A stretch of DNA of 63,812 nucleotides, filler included, from Octopus bimaculoides (GCF_001194135.2; 8 parts of 7 records of this genome joined end to end with filler, not necessarily neighbours in it), one strand, 5' to 3'; counted from the whole stretch's first letter, positions 25,393-39,453 are shown. Program-made: numbers and translations. The notes: a model not told the origin generated them from the letters alone.

Positions 25393-27064
25393 AGCCCATC
25401 TCGCTATATTATATTTACGACGAATACATGGAGGCAGGTACTCTTGCAAATACTAATTCATTATATAGATATCTAGTGTAGGACTATAAAAATATCGAAT
25501 ACACTATAAAACGAAAGAAAGAATAAGAAACAAAGAGCTGCAAACTATGAAACAAAAAGAATAAATAAATAAATAAAAACCCGCTTCTGTCATCAAGGAA
25601 ATGAACAAATTGGAAATAGTGTACGAAATAAGATATATTTTTGAGACTGATATTGTAAATAACAACATAGACTAGAAAAATATTTAAACAATAAAGTGAG
25701 AATTTGATTAGAAAATGTTGTTAAGATGTCAAAAAAAAAAAATGAGTGCCTTGGGAAGTTTAAAGTCTATACTTATACAATTCATAACCAAAATTCATTG
25801 AGTAAACATATGTAGAATATAGAGAAAGAATATTACTAGACATTGCACGTACATTACATAGAATATTTCCAATACAATAGATACGTAGCGAATTAAATTA
25901 TATTTCTCATATACCCAAGGGCTTATAGAGTTGTCCGCAAGAGTACAGAGAAAGCAAGGGATAAAATTAAACGATAAAATATTTATTATGAATCAAATTA
26001 TATAATATAAAAAAAATTTAACAGGAAAATTGAAACTAAAACATGCACTCTCCTGTAAAGGAAACTACAATATAATATCCGAAAGCAAAAGTCGGACCTG
26101 AGAAAATTTGATGAAACTGACCAATCAAATTACAAGTACTGTACTTAACGTGTGTGGAAATTTGAAGGACAAAAATAACCCCGTGAAGTTTTCTACTCAG
26201 AATGTAAAAGTACTAAACGAAACTTTTCAATAATGTGCTGATTGTTTTGTCCACTACGCTATATATTAAAATTGAGATGATTCACTTATTTCACGACATG
26301 TATTAAAGAATGAGGGGGAATTTACTATTACAGTGGGGGATTTTAAAAACGAAAATGCAAAACTGACATAATGAAAAGTATTGTAGTTACATAAACAATG
26401 AAATTGTTCTAGATCATGTTTGGTTTAAAGGCAGCTACTGTAACCTATACTAGAAAACTGGATCAATATTATCCTGAATACTAAATATGTCTTCTAAAAT
26501 TCGTACACTGCCATACTGAGAATGGATCCATTCACACAGCACATTATCACCACTCTCATCCATATTCCGAAATACATGATAGCAGCATTCCTTTATTCAT
26601 CTTCTTCTTTCACGATGTATTTGGCTGTATAGACCTCATAAACTGTTAGATATAACACCCCATGTCAGCAACGCTTGAGAAGTGAACAAATCATGTAAGT
26701 ATGCCCATTGTTATCTGCATATTTCAGATATGCAGGACTTGTTGGATTGCAGCACTTTATGATTTTCTCGTAAACTAGCAATATTCCTTTACTGTTCAAG
26801 TGCACAAATCAATTCTCGCACAATATTCATTCCGGTATATTACATTTTACAGTTGTAAGTCATTAAACATGAATACCTATATCCGCTTGACATTTCATTT
26901 ACGTTTCTTTTTTTTTTGCCGGTAACTTATATTTTTATCACACGTGGTGTCCTCTAGCTGACAATTAATACAAGGGGGATAATTATCTCTTCATATTATT
27001 TGACAGGATTAAAAGTTTGAATTTTAAATTAAATAAGGAAAAAAACAATGCGCATTCAATTTTT

Positions 27065-27574
27065 GTTGTTAAAGCAAAGCTCGAGAGAACCAAACGTATG
27101 AACACAGCCAGAGGGAGTAATGGAAAACGAACATTACAAAATACTCTGGGATTTTAACACGCAATGCGATCAAGTCATAGAGGCGAGACGACCAGATATC
27201 GTGCTCATCCATAAAGATGAAAAAGAAGGAAAGATACTAGATGTTGCAATAGCAGGTGATTCGAGGGTGAATTGTAAGGAAACAGAAAAATGTGAGAAAT
27301 ACCAGCCACTGAGGGGCAAGATAGGAAAGTTATAAGACATGAGTAAAGTAATGGTGATACCGGTGGTAAATGGAGCATTAGGAGCAGTTTCCAAGAGCTT
27401 TGAAAAACATATTAAGAAGACAACATCGTTAGATACAGCTCGCATTCAAAGGAGAGTATTGCCTCTTTGAGTCACAGGAGAAGGCACTACTTGAAACCTT
27501 TGGTGATTTTTTATTGCCTGCTTTCAAGTAAAGAATAATCAGTAATCAAGAACTATCCAAGAGTTTTTCATAAT

Positions 27575-27640
<66 letters not shown>
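27065..27640 (+). mobile_element. R4/Dong-like non-LTR element 3' end (REL domain) with (TAA)n tail
   Basis: KILWDFNTQCDQVIEARRPDIVLIHK...ILDVAIAGDSRV...EKCEKYQPL carries the RPD..D..KY restriction-like endonuclease motifs; in-frame stop; ends in (TAA)n. Confidence 0.88.
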
Positions 27641-28140
27641 CCCTTCTACTGGAGGCGTAAGGCCTCAAATTTTTTTTTTTTTTTTTTTGGTGGGGGACTA
27701 GTCGATTACATCGACCCCAGTGTTTCACTGGTACTTATTTTATCAACTCCGATGGGTGAAACGCAAAGTCGACCTCGGCGGAATTTGAACTGAGAACGTA
27801 GCGACGGGCGGTTTACGGCTAATTATGTCATCCAGCGTGCTAATGATTCTGCCAGCTCATCGCCTTAATAAGAACAACTCGGCAACACTAATAATAATAA
27901 CAATAATAATAATAACAATAATGATAATAACAATTATTATTATTATTTCAAATCTTTTGAATGAGGTGAGTATCTGTCGATTACATCGATACGATCGTTT
28001 TAGTGGTACTTAATTTATGGACCTCGAAAGGATGAAAGGCAAAGTCGACCTCGGCAGAATTTGAACTCAGAACGTAGCGACGGACGAAATACCGCCAAGC
28101 CTTTCGTCCAGCGGGCTAACGATTCTGCCAGCTTACCACC
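27641..28140 (-). mobile_element. Two SINE A copies separated by (TAA)n
   Basis: Both contain GGCAAAGTCGACCTCGGCGGAATTTGAACTCAG-like cores. Confidence 0.85.
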
Positions 28141-30989
28141 TGAGCAACAACAACAGCAACAAAAACAATAATAAAAATATAGATGATGATGATGATTTTC
28201 ATTATGATTTCTATATTGAATAATAAGTGATTACAGGCAGATCAAGGAGGACACAGGATGAAACATGATGTCGAAGAAGACGATGATGCGGGACAGTAAA
28301 AGAGAAAAAAATACAAGATAATGAAGAAACACAAGTATCACAGACCAACTTCATTTTCACTTAATCAATAATTCAGTAATCGGTGCCATTATTTACGGGG
28401 TTTCATAAATCCGTTTACTTTCCACCTTTCCACACTTGTTTCACATTAACTTTCAAACAGCATCGGTCATCCGCCTCCCGTTTTGTCCTCTAAATCACTT
28501 AAAATATAACACAGCTAACTTAATTACTGATCGGAAAAAGCTTGCACGCACCAACTGATAATAATGCAATGTGCAGCGCATCCATATACATATATGCATG
28601 CATACAAGCATGCATACATACATACATGCATGCATACATACATACATACATACATACACACATACATACATACATACATACATACATACATACATACGTG
28701 CATGCATACATACAAATGTAGATGCATACATACATGTATATATACACACATGAACACACAAATGCATACATATACATATATATGTATGTATATATATATA
28801 TATATATNNNNNNNNNNNNNNNNNNNNNNNNNNNNNNNNNNNNNNNNNNNNNNNNNNNNNNNNNNNNNNNNNNNNNNNNNNNNNNNNNNNNNNNNNNNNN
28901 NNNNNNNNNNNNNNNNNNNNNNNNNNNNNNNNNNNNNNNNNNNNNNNNNNNNNNNNNNNNNNNNNNNNNNNNNNNNNNNNNNNNNNNNNNNNNNNNNNNN
29001 NNNNNNNNNNNNNNNNNNNNNNNNNNNNNNNNNNNNNNNNNNNNNNNNNNNNNNNNNNNNNNNNNNNNNNNNNNNNNNNNNNNNNNNNNNNNNNNNNNNN
29101 NNNNNNNNNNNNNNNNNNNNNNNNNNNNNNNNNNNNNNNNNNNNNNNNNNNNNNNNNNNNNNNNNNNNNNNNNNNNNNNNNNNNNNNNNNNNNNNNNNNN
29201 NNNNNNNNNNNNNNNNNNNNNNNNNNNNNNNNNNNNNNNNNNNNNNNNNNNNNNNNNNNNNNNNNNNNNNNNNNNNNNNNNNNNNNNNNNNNNNNNNNNN
29301 NNNNNNNNNNNNNNNNNNNNNNNNNNNNNNNNNNNNNNNNNNNNNNNNNNNNNNNNNNNNNNNNNNNNNNNNNNNNNNNNNNNNNNNNNNNNNNNNNNNN
29401 NNNNNNNNNNNNNNNNNNNNNNNNNNNNNNNNNNNNNNNNNNNNNNNNNNNNNNNNNNNNNNNNNNNNNNNNNNNNNNNNNNNNNNNNNNNNNNNNNNNN
29501 NNNNNNNNNNNNNNNNNNNNNNNNNNNNNNNNNNNNNNNNNNNNNNNNNNNNNNNNNNNNNNNNNNNNNNNNNNNNNNNNNNNNNNNNNNNNNNNNNNNN
29601 NNNNNNNNNNNNNNNNNNNNNNNNNNNNNNNNNNNNNNNNNNNNNNNNNNNNNNNNNNNNNNNNNNNNNNNNNNNNNNNNNNNNNNNNNNNNNATATATA
29701 CATATATATATATATATATGTACATATACATTCATACATGTATGTGTGAGTGCGTGCGAGTGTCTGCGCGCGCGTGTGTGTGCGTGTGTGTTTTTCCTGC
29801 GCTTATGCGCATGTATTTACTTCTAACTATAACTGGGTTATGGCAGTTACACACTTCTTATAATTGTCAGACGAAATTAAGATACAAGCATACAGAAATA
29901 TAAACACAAACATATACATAACTGTGTATGTCTCTCTGTACGCGTGCGTGTGTGTTTTTGTGTGTGTGAATGTGCTTTTGAATACACATGTGTTCGGTTT
30001 CTGTTGAAGGAGAGGCAACTACTGAGCTAGTATAATAACAATACAACAAAATATCGCTGACATATTTTGCCATTTATGAAATATATAAATAAATATATGA
30101 TAAAAATATAAATGCCACTAAAAACTGAAATAGGAAAATTTATTCATACAGCAAATCGGAGAGATGTCTATTAAGGGAAAAATAAATTAAGAAAATGTGT
30201 GAAATGGAACAATAAGCAGATTTTCATATTGAAAACAATAGGAATGTAATAAGAATTGAAGTGCAATTTTATGCTAAATTTACTTCAGCTTATACAATAT
30301 GTATTGAGATATTGTCTAGGGATTTCACGAAATCCTAATCCTTATGGAAGTGAATGAGATCGTGGTAGTGACAGCAAAACTAAATAAATAATTCTTTTCT
30401 TTGTATAATAGTAATTCTTTTGGTACACATTTGCTGTTTAGTCTAAATTTGGGAAATAATGAATGAATAATAGATGTGATCAAATATATTATTATCATTA
30501 TACATGTACTAAAATTTCCGGGCGTAAATGATGTTGTTGAATGGAGTATTAGTATTTCAGACTTAAACTTCAGTTAGTAATGTTCAGTTAGTTGGTTTAG
30601 TAACCGAACGTTTCCAGGTTCTCATTGGGTTCTGGTTAGATCGTTTATTTATCTACAAGATTTGTAGATACTTGGCTGTTCAGTCAAAGACAGATATAAT
30701 ATAATTGAGGAATTCGAAAAAAATTGCTAAGGCGTTCGGTTGCATGTATTAGCAATTTGAAGGCATCGAGGTGGGGTAGAATTGTTAGCATTTTCGGCTT
30801 TTACATACTGAGTTCAAATACCATTGAGGTAATATTTGCCTCTCTTTCTACTAGCTTCTCTAAGACAAAGTAATAAGCAAATGCTGGTGTCCATATAATC
30901 AACCTTCTCCCCGTCCACCCTCGAAATTAATTGCCACAATTACGAAAAATTTTATTGTCTTTATTAGTGCTATTCTTACGAAGGAGGCG

Positions 30990-31580
30990 AGATAGAAGAA
31001 TAGTTAGAACGCCGGGCGAAATGCGGTATTTCGTAAGTCTTTTCGTTCTGAGTTCAAATTGTGCTGAGGTCGACTTTGCCTTTCATCCTTTCGGAGTCGA
31101 TAAATTAAGTACCAGCTGCCTACTAGAATTGATCTAATCGGCTGGCCTCCCTCCCACTAGAATAGAAATAAATCGTTAACACCTCGGGCGAAATGCTTAG
31201 CGGTATTTCGGCTCTCCTCATGCTCCGAGTTCAAATTCCGCCGAGATCGTCATTTCCTTTTATCCTTTCTGGCTCCAAAGGATAAGTACCTTTGAGCCCT
31301 GGCATCAATGTTACCGACTTCCCCGCTCCCCTAAAATCGCTGACCTTGTGCCATAATCCAAAGCCAATACATTATATATAAGGTGAGGCTGTGAGCTGGC
31401 AGAATCGTTTGTGTACTGGGCAACATGAGACATGCTTAGCGGCATTTTATTAGTCCTTAATGTTCAAATTCCACCAACGTCGACTTAATCTTTCATCTTT
31501 CGGAGTCGATAAAAAAGTACTAGATGACTTACCTCCTCCCCCAACATTGTTGACCTTCTGCCAAAATTTGAAACCAATGT
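30990..31580 (+). mobile_element. Three tandem SINE A copies
   Basis: Repeated GTTCAAATT...GTCGACTT...CATCCTTTCGGAGTCGAT-like cores near 31050, 31230 and 31460. Confidence 0.8.
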
Positions 31581-32267
31581 ATTATATAAGGCGTTATAAT
31601 CGAATGTTCTTGCACAGAAATTAAATATACTTCTATTTCCCTTCTATTGTTCTCTGTCTTTTATCCATTACTAGTGTTCCCTTTTCTAATATGCATTCTG
31701 TTTGCCTGACATAACTGCGCACATCGAATATCGTTTATTTTCTTTTTCTTCTTTATTCTCTCACTTATTAGTTGTATTTTATAATTCTTCACCTTTAAAT
31801 CGATTGCAAATATAATGCTTTATAACTACTTTCCAACGTTCATTACGGAAGCCTGTTGAGTGTTTGGGCTGCTGTCTAAGGCATCATTTCCCTTTTAATA
31901 TGATATGGCTTGATGTGAGGCTGATGGAAAGGCTATTCCCAGAGTTACAGTGCAGACTCTGGGCCGTAGGGTCAATGTGGATATTGTGTCCTCACTCAAA
32001 ACTCTGCCTGAGAGTGGGATATTATAAAAGCACGCGAAGATATGTCATAGTTTTTCACTAAAAAATATTCAATTCTAAAACGTAAGGAGAACAAAATACC
32101 TTTGACGATCTTCTTCTCAATGCATGGTAGATAACAATCGCTTTCTGCTGCATTTTTTGATCAAAATTGAAAATCTCATAATTAAGTGTTTAACCTAATA
32201 TCGAGGATTCACATCAATACTTAACACGAGTACAAATACCGAAGCACAAGACACGAAGAGAAGTCTC

Positions 32268-32423
32268 GGAGCGGCTGTGTGGTAAGTAGCTTGCTTACCA
32301 ACCACATGGTTCCGGGTTCAGTCCCACTGCATGGCACCTTGGGCAAGTGTCTTCTACTATAGCCTTGGACCGACAAAAGCCTTGTGAGTGGATTTGGTAC
32401 ACGGAAACTGAAAGAAACCCGTC

Positions 32424-32492
<69 letters not shown>

Positions 32493-32720
32493 AGTGTGTG
32501 TGTGTGTGTGCGCGTGTGTGTGTGTGTGTGTTTGTCTCCCCACTGTTGTTTGACAACCGATGCTGGCGTGTTTGATTCCCCATAACTTAGCGGTTCGGCA
32601 AAATAGATTGACACAGTGAGTACTAGGCTTAAAAAGAATAAGTCCTGGAGTCAATTAGCTCGACTAATGGCTGTGCTCCAGCACGACCGCAGTGAAATTA
32701 TTGAAACAAGTAAAAAAAAA
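32268..32720 (+). mobile_element. Composite SINE B with internal (TA)n(TG)n tract
   Basis: Head 32268-32425, microsatellite 32426-32530, tail 32531-32720; same order at 22480 and 63053 and inverted at 10674. Confidence 0.85.
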
Positions 32721-33690
32721 GAATAGCATCTTGTTTACTTTGAGCTTTAGCTGAATTTTTCTATACTTGAGGAGACCGGTTTAGTCTCTTCTGTTTTGGC
32801 ATTGAATTCTCAACTGGAAGCCAATTCTTCAGCGCTTGAAACATTCTGGTAACTATATTTTACTCGGCGGAATCAGATTAAACTTGAATTTATTTGAAGA
32901 TCAAAAACAAACGTATTGCTCAGTTTTTTGTAATCATACTCACAGACAAATGTTTTTCTCCCCATAATAAAATTTAATGCAGCAAAATATATTATGTAGA
33001 CATAAAAAGGCTACTTAATATTTTACTATGGTTATTGATTACTTCATTATACATTTTAGGCCATAAAAAGCACAACTATATCTTTAATGAGCAATGGAAG
33101 CAATTCGTCATATATTTCCAATGCATAATCCAAGAATATAGAATTTCTGTGAATTTTGTTCACCTTGTGAAAGAGGAACGCACAATTTACAATGTATAGC
33201 TTGTTATATTTGTTTGCTTCAGTCATTGGTCTGCATCTATTCAGTCAAGAAGATCGACCTTGGTATATGCTTTTAAGATCTAGTACTTCTTCGGTGGTTC
33301 TCTTTTACCGAAGTGCTAGGTTCGACGAATAAATAAACATTAACACAAATTCTGGTCTCTTCGTGAGATTTTACAACTAGCTATATATACATACATATGT
33401 ATGTATGTATGTATATGTATATACATATATAANNNNNNNNNNNNNNNNNNNNNNNNNNNNNNNNNNNNNNNNNNNNTTAATTAATTAANNNNNNNNNNNN
33501 NNNNNNNNNNNNNNNNNNNNNNNNNNNNNNNNGTGTTTGTGTGTGTGTTTGTATCTGTGCCGAGGTGTGTATGTGTGTTTGCGACGTTTTCTTGTGTGTG
33601 TATGTGAGCATGTATTTGTGTGGGTGTGCAGACGTGTGTGTATGTTTTTGCGATGTTTTGTTTTGTGTGTGCGTGCGTGTGTATATATGT

Positions 33691-33724
<34 letters not shown>

Positions 33725-33730
33725 TTGTGT

Positions 33731-33823
33731 AAGCGCAGAAGTGCGCGTGTCTTGCCTTCGTACTGCGGCAAACGTGTGGCCAAGGTGCGAGTGAGTAAGG
33801 TGCCATCCGAACTGAAACTTTAA
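33731..33823 (+). mobile_element. Short Tx1/L1-like ORF1 fragment
   Basis: RRSARVLPSYCGKRVAKVRVSKVP aligns by eye with ARSALLPTYCGKRATRVRIGRV in ORF 35509-36450. Confidence 0.75.
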
Positions 33824-33899
33824 ACACATAAACACACTATACGATCATGTAATCAGTATGCGTGCGCGCAACTACCGGAAGTTGTTGCGTACTAGTACC

Positions 33900-34812
33900 G
33901 AAAGATTTCCCCAAAAACGTCACTATTCAAGAGATAAGTGATATCATGAAGGCTTTATCCAATAACGATGGTACAGTGCAAGAGGTGGCAAACAAATTTA
34001 GTGTTTCAAAGTGAACAGTACAGCGCATAAAGAGATTTGGAGTTGCTTCAAGCGGTAGAATTGGCAAGTGTGGGCCAAAGCATAAAACGTCAGTGATCAC
34101 AGACTGAATCATTGTGCAAATGGCTGTTATGGAGCCTCAGAAGACACTGTCAGTGTCAAATTGTCTGCCATGATACTTTGTCACCGGCTGAAGGAAAATG
34201 GCAAAGCCATGTCTTACTAACAAAATGCGCTACAAACGTTTGGAGTGAGCCAAAGATCATTTGTTCTGGACTGTTGACGATTGGGCCAATGTATGCTTTT
34301 CTGGCGAGGCATCCTTCGAGTATCAGAATGCAAATTGACCAGCCATTTGGCATCGTGTTGGATCTCCCAAGCCGGTGACGCAACGCGTTAGATTTCCAAC
34401 CAAAGTAATGGTGTGATCCATGATGTCTGTACACGGTACTGGTCACTTGCTCCTAGAGGGAGGGATAATGAATGTCAAAAATACGTGAAATTACTACGTA
34501 CAAGAATGTCGCAGACTCGAGAATGGTTTGGCAATAACGAATGAACTTTCATGCACGACAGGGTTCCTTGTTAAAGATTATCTCTTGCGAAAAAGTGTCA
34601 CCGTTCTGCAGTGACTGGGGAACAGCCCTGAAATAAATCCCATAGAGATATTGTAGGCCGTGATGAAGTCGCGTTTGCAGTCCAAAACAGTTACCAATAA
34701 ACAGGGGATTAAAGATCCAATAGTTATCGAAACGTGTCAACGTCAGATTGCTTCGATACCGCTGTGAATATTGGCTTTGGTCGAGGTAAAAGGCAGTCAT
34801 ACCAAATATTGA
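33900..34812 (+). mobile_element. Decayed Tc1-like transposase
   Basis: HTH-like QEVANKFSVSK*TVQRI, then WTVDDWANVCFSGEASFE, GNSPEINPIEIL and terminal VKGSHTKY*; many stops and frameshifts. Confidence 0.85.
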
Positions 34813-35508
34813 AAGAAGGTGACTTATAATATGCTACACTACACTTTCACTTAGTGTCATACATCGTTATAAAAATAAATTTCGTTCGGAAAAACGTATA
34901 CGCTTACATGTACATACACATATCTTTTTGTAAGCATGCATACACATGCATCTTGTTATAATGTGGATTCTTGTCCACTTGTATATTGTTGTCGGCACTG
35001 TAATATTCTTGTCGCAACTATTATGTTGTGACGGTATTCCGCGTCTTATTACGCTTGATTCATCTATCGTGCTATCGCTGATCGCTCCGCAAGACAACGA
35101 CTTTGGAACGTATGTATCACGTAACTGGCACCGACTCCAACTGAGAACTAGTACAACGACTCTGCTTTCTTTATTTGGCACTACGGCCATAATACAGAGG
35201 GGGATACTACAAGGACAGACAACACAAAACGTGGGGTACATATAGCGAATGATGAAAAATTGGATTATTTGTAATGAAAAATGGAATGGCTTACGATCCC
35301 CCAAAACTCGCAGTTCCATTTTACTGTTCTTGTATACGTTTTCCTATCGTTCTCAATTATCTGTTATATATTCATTTAGATCCTCCCTCGCAACTACATT
35401 AGCGAGGCGCTCGTAACGAACAATTTTTTGTGATCTAGTAATTAACTTGGGAAACAATCTATCCAGTCTTTCTATTCTTTCATCCTCCAACAACACAGCC
35501 TTCAAATC

Positions 35509-36632
35509 CTATGAATCCGAGTTCAATCTCATTCTAATCAGCCCTTTCATTTTGGTCAACTTCTTCTCCAGTTCAATATCTTTTTTATAATACATTATCC
35601 TTCTTCGGTTCCGTCTTTCCTGTCGTTCTACTCTCTCTGCATATGCTTGCGCAAACATTTTCTCCACCCAATCATCAGTTTCCGTCGTTCTATCTTTTTC
35701 ACCGCTTGTTGTTTCTGGGTCTGTAGTTCGAGATTCAGTCTCTTCCGTTTCGTTCACCAATGTTTTTTCCGCCTTTCCTGCTTTCCTCTGTTTTTGGGGG
35801 GTTTTGGATGGTGACTCCACCCTCAATTTTTTCCTGTCAACCGCAGCTTCCTCTTCCCTTTCTTCCACCTCCTCCACCTCTGCCTTACTGCTTCTTTCTG
35901 TCTCCTCTATGTGTACTTCTCTTAGGGGACACCTTGCCTGCATGTGTCCCCTATTTTTGCATTGGTAACATATTGGGGGTCTCCCCTCCACCACAACTCT
36001 TAGTCGTGTTTCATCGGGGAGCACCAACTCCTCCGCGATGTTGTGCAGATCCGGTAGGGACACATGGATTAGGACTTCTAATCCAAATCCCCACCAGTTA
36101 ATCTCTTTCGACTTCTCCACCTTCACAACTTCCACCTCTTCCTTACAATTGAAAATGATTGCTGCCACCAGCCATTCTTCGTTGATCACTGGGAGCACTC
36201 TGCCTATTCTTACTCTCGTGGCACGTTTCCCGCAGTAAGTTGGCAAGAGTGCCGACCTTGCAGTTCTTAAGGCCACCGTGGAGTGCCTTTTCGTATTTTC
36301 CTCATTTCTGAAACGCACCTCTACTGTGCCGAATTTCCTTCCTCTAGAATAGAAGGTTGTCATTTCCTTCACTTGGCTAAGACACTCCTCTATATCTTCC
36401 GTCGCTGCTACTTCAATTTTCCTTCTTTCCACATTTAGTGTTCTGTACACTATAATTCTTTTCTCAGCGCGCTGCGCGTCTCTTTCGGGGGCGTCACTCT
36501 AAAGCAACCTACTTTCACAATTAATTTTTTGTGGTTTAAAATTTTCTTCATGTCCATTTTAATTTCCGTCATTTCCATAGCGTTGGCAGATAGGCTTTTG
36601 CCTTCAGCCGCATAGTAACTTGCTGTATTCAT
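35509..36632 (-). mobile_element. Tx1/L1-clade ORF1 (RRM-like region + CCHC zinc knuckle) with one frameshift
   Basis: 313-aa ORF with ICYQCKNRGHMQARC knuckle, FGTVEVRF and an acidic/basic tail; the ATG-initiated 60-aa ORF 36632-36450 overlaps it in another frame. Confidence 0.82.
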
Positions 36633-39372
36633 TCATACCCAGCACTGGGTATTACAACAATTTACAAAAATATTCAAAAATGTTCAACAATAACAATTTT
36701 TTTCAACAGTATTCTTTAGCAACAGCAAAAATTCCGACTCACCGCAACGCTTTCTTAAACCAAAATCACAACGCAAACTAAAACTTCTGCTACTACTGAA
36801 CTCCTACAACAACTGACTGGCTGACTTTATAGTGGCTGGTGAGACCACTTTGTCACGTGGGAAAGATGTACTATTTTCACAACACATCTATCTGTGTGAA
36901 GATATATACATATATACACACATGCATATATATATATATATACAGATAATATATATATATATATATATACATATATTTACGCACATACACACACATATGT
37001 ACACATACAGTTATATTCATATACATGTCTCCAAATTTACATATATATACCCACATATACATACACATAAATATATACATATGTATGTATATATATCTAT
37101 ATCTATATATATATTGGCCTAACAGCCCTTACCGTTTGCTCTCACTGTTCTGTTTGTTTTTACTGTCTTGTTCTCACTATCCTGTTCTTGTTTACACTTT
37201 CACCCTCCGCAAAAATTTCCAAATTTTAATTAATTTACTTGCGGGAAGGACTGCTCCAACGAAGTCGCGTATTGTCCTTGCCTTCATAACGCAGAGTAGA
37301 TGGAGCAGGGACAACTGAAAAAGGGTAATATTCTTTATTTTGCATGTCTCGTTTCTCTGTTTGTTTTTTCGTTGTTCGAAAAAAAAGTTCGTTTTCTGTC
37401 TTCGTCTTTATGTTTTCGCTTCTCATTGTGTTTAACGTTTTTTGTGATGTCCTGTACCCATATATGCTTGTATGTATACATATAGATGTCAGTATGTACA
37501 TCTATGCTTGGATATATGCATATACTTATATATTATTTATGTTATATATNNNNNNNNNNNNNNNNNNNNNNNNNNNNNNNNNNNNNNNNNNNNTTAATTA
37601 ATTAANNNNNNNNNNNNNNNNNNNNNNNNNNNNNNNNNNNNNNNNNNNNTATGTATGTACGTAGACATCACAACACACCCCTTCACTCACACACACACAG
37701 AAACACACATGTGAGCGTGTGATTCACTACGAATACATAGAGCTGAACACGGCGTGCCCCCCCCCCCCCCCAAAAAAAAAGAAAATTTATAAACTATCTT
37801 GTACGGAATATTTAAATTTATGAACTTCGTAAATGTGTGTTTCAGTAATTGATCGTAGTTGTTTACAGAAAGCGAACATTAAAAGTAGAGAGTGAGAGAC
37901 GTCGCCGTTTTTTCACGTCCGTACCGGAAGTTGATATTGAGAAACCTTTTTAAAGAAGTGAATCTTAAATATAAAGCAATATTATTTATTTTTAATTAGA
38001 GATAAAAAAAAAAATCAAATGAAGAGCCTAAGATTTATCCGAGGTCAAATTATTCATGTATCACAAGTATGGAAGATAATAGTGAAGCCGTTTTTCACGT
38101 GATAAGCGATTACACACACATCTCTGTTTTATATATAGTATAGATAACTAGTCCAGGAAACTTTTGATACCACCTTCTTTTATTATAACTATCATAGTTG
38201 TTCATTTCCCGTACTCGCCTTCTGGCAACAAAATAAAAGTTGCGGCAAGCTGCCAGAATCGTTAGCACGCCGAGCAAAATATATTCGACGAGGCTGACAT
38301 TGCATTTCATTAAATCGGGGTCGATAAAATATGTCGATGAAATATGTAACCGTTGTTGTTGTTTTTCATTGCCGTTCTTGTCGTTGTTCTAATTATTGTT
38401 TCTGTTTTTGTGGCTGTCGTTGTTTAACACGGCGCCTGAACGGAGAAGTATATCAACCAGTGGACTAATGTAACAGTCTTCATTCAGATTTCGAGATCTT
38501 TGCAGAGGATTCATGCACTACTAAGCAACGCTATTTTCTATTGACGTCCTGTCTTCACATTCACTACTATTTCACATTCTACTTTGTGACCTTCGTACTT
38601 ACAGTTCCCAGGATTCCAACAACAAAAGGAGCACCGCTTCAATGCTCAGAAACCTTTTATCTCCCAATTCAAGTGATCATTTCTGACTTGCTTCTCTTTT
38701 GTTTTCGATATTCTGGCATCGCCATGGAATGCAATAGTTATGCTGGAACAGGATATTTTCATTATTTACGACTATATTTGGCTTTCGATTTAGTATAGTT
38801 ATTGTAAAATATTGTGACTGCTACATATCATTTTGCGCTGCTACTTTTACTGGGTAATGTGATGAATCTAGTGGCATGATGCTTATTTCTTATATTTGTT
38901 GTTATTGTTGTTTTTTGCTATTGTTGCTTTTGCTGATACTGTTGCTGTAGCCGCTGTTGCAGTTGATTATGACTGTGCTGATAATGATAAAGGAATGAGC
39001 AGAACTTTGGCCAATGCCAGCTACGGCAATCGTGTTTCAGTTTTTTTTCAGGTATTGTGTCTTTTGATCGCAGATGACCATATCATAGAAAGTATCGTTG
39101 CTGTTGTTCAGAAGGTAGGATATAATATGAAGAGATTTCGCATCCATTTCTTGTAAGTTTAGCGCTATCGTAGAGCAAATTTTATTAACCCAATCTGTAT
39201 TTGTTGGGTCAAATGTATTCCGACGTTTCACCTAATAGCTGTGCTTCTGGTTGGGTCTGAGATATGTAACCTATGGAATGAAACGACAAGAACCAGAGTA
39301 TGTAAATTTTCCTAATGTTCATTCTGTCGCTCACTCACTCTCTGTCTCTGTTTATCTGTCTGCCTGTCTCTA

Positions 39373-39378
<6 letters not shown>

Positions 39379-39451
<73 letters not shown>
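39379..39451. repeat. (CT)n microsatellite
   Basis: Read directly. Confidence 0.95.

Positions 39452-39453
<2 letters not shown>

Noticed and set aside
35760-36238. Plus-strand ORFs 35760-36101 and 36038-36238
   Set aside because: Antisense shadows of the Tx1 ORF1.
39195-39260. Minus-strand CAGAAG-CAC...GTG-AAACGTCGG as a Penelope-type hammerhead
   Set aside because: Two mismatches in the CUGANGA core; too short to distinguish from chance.
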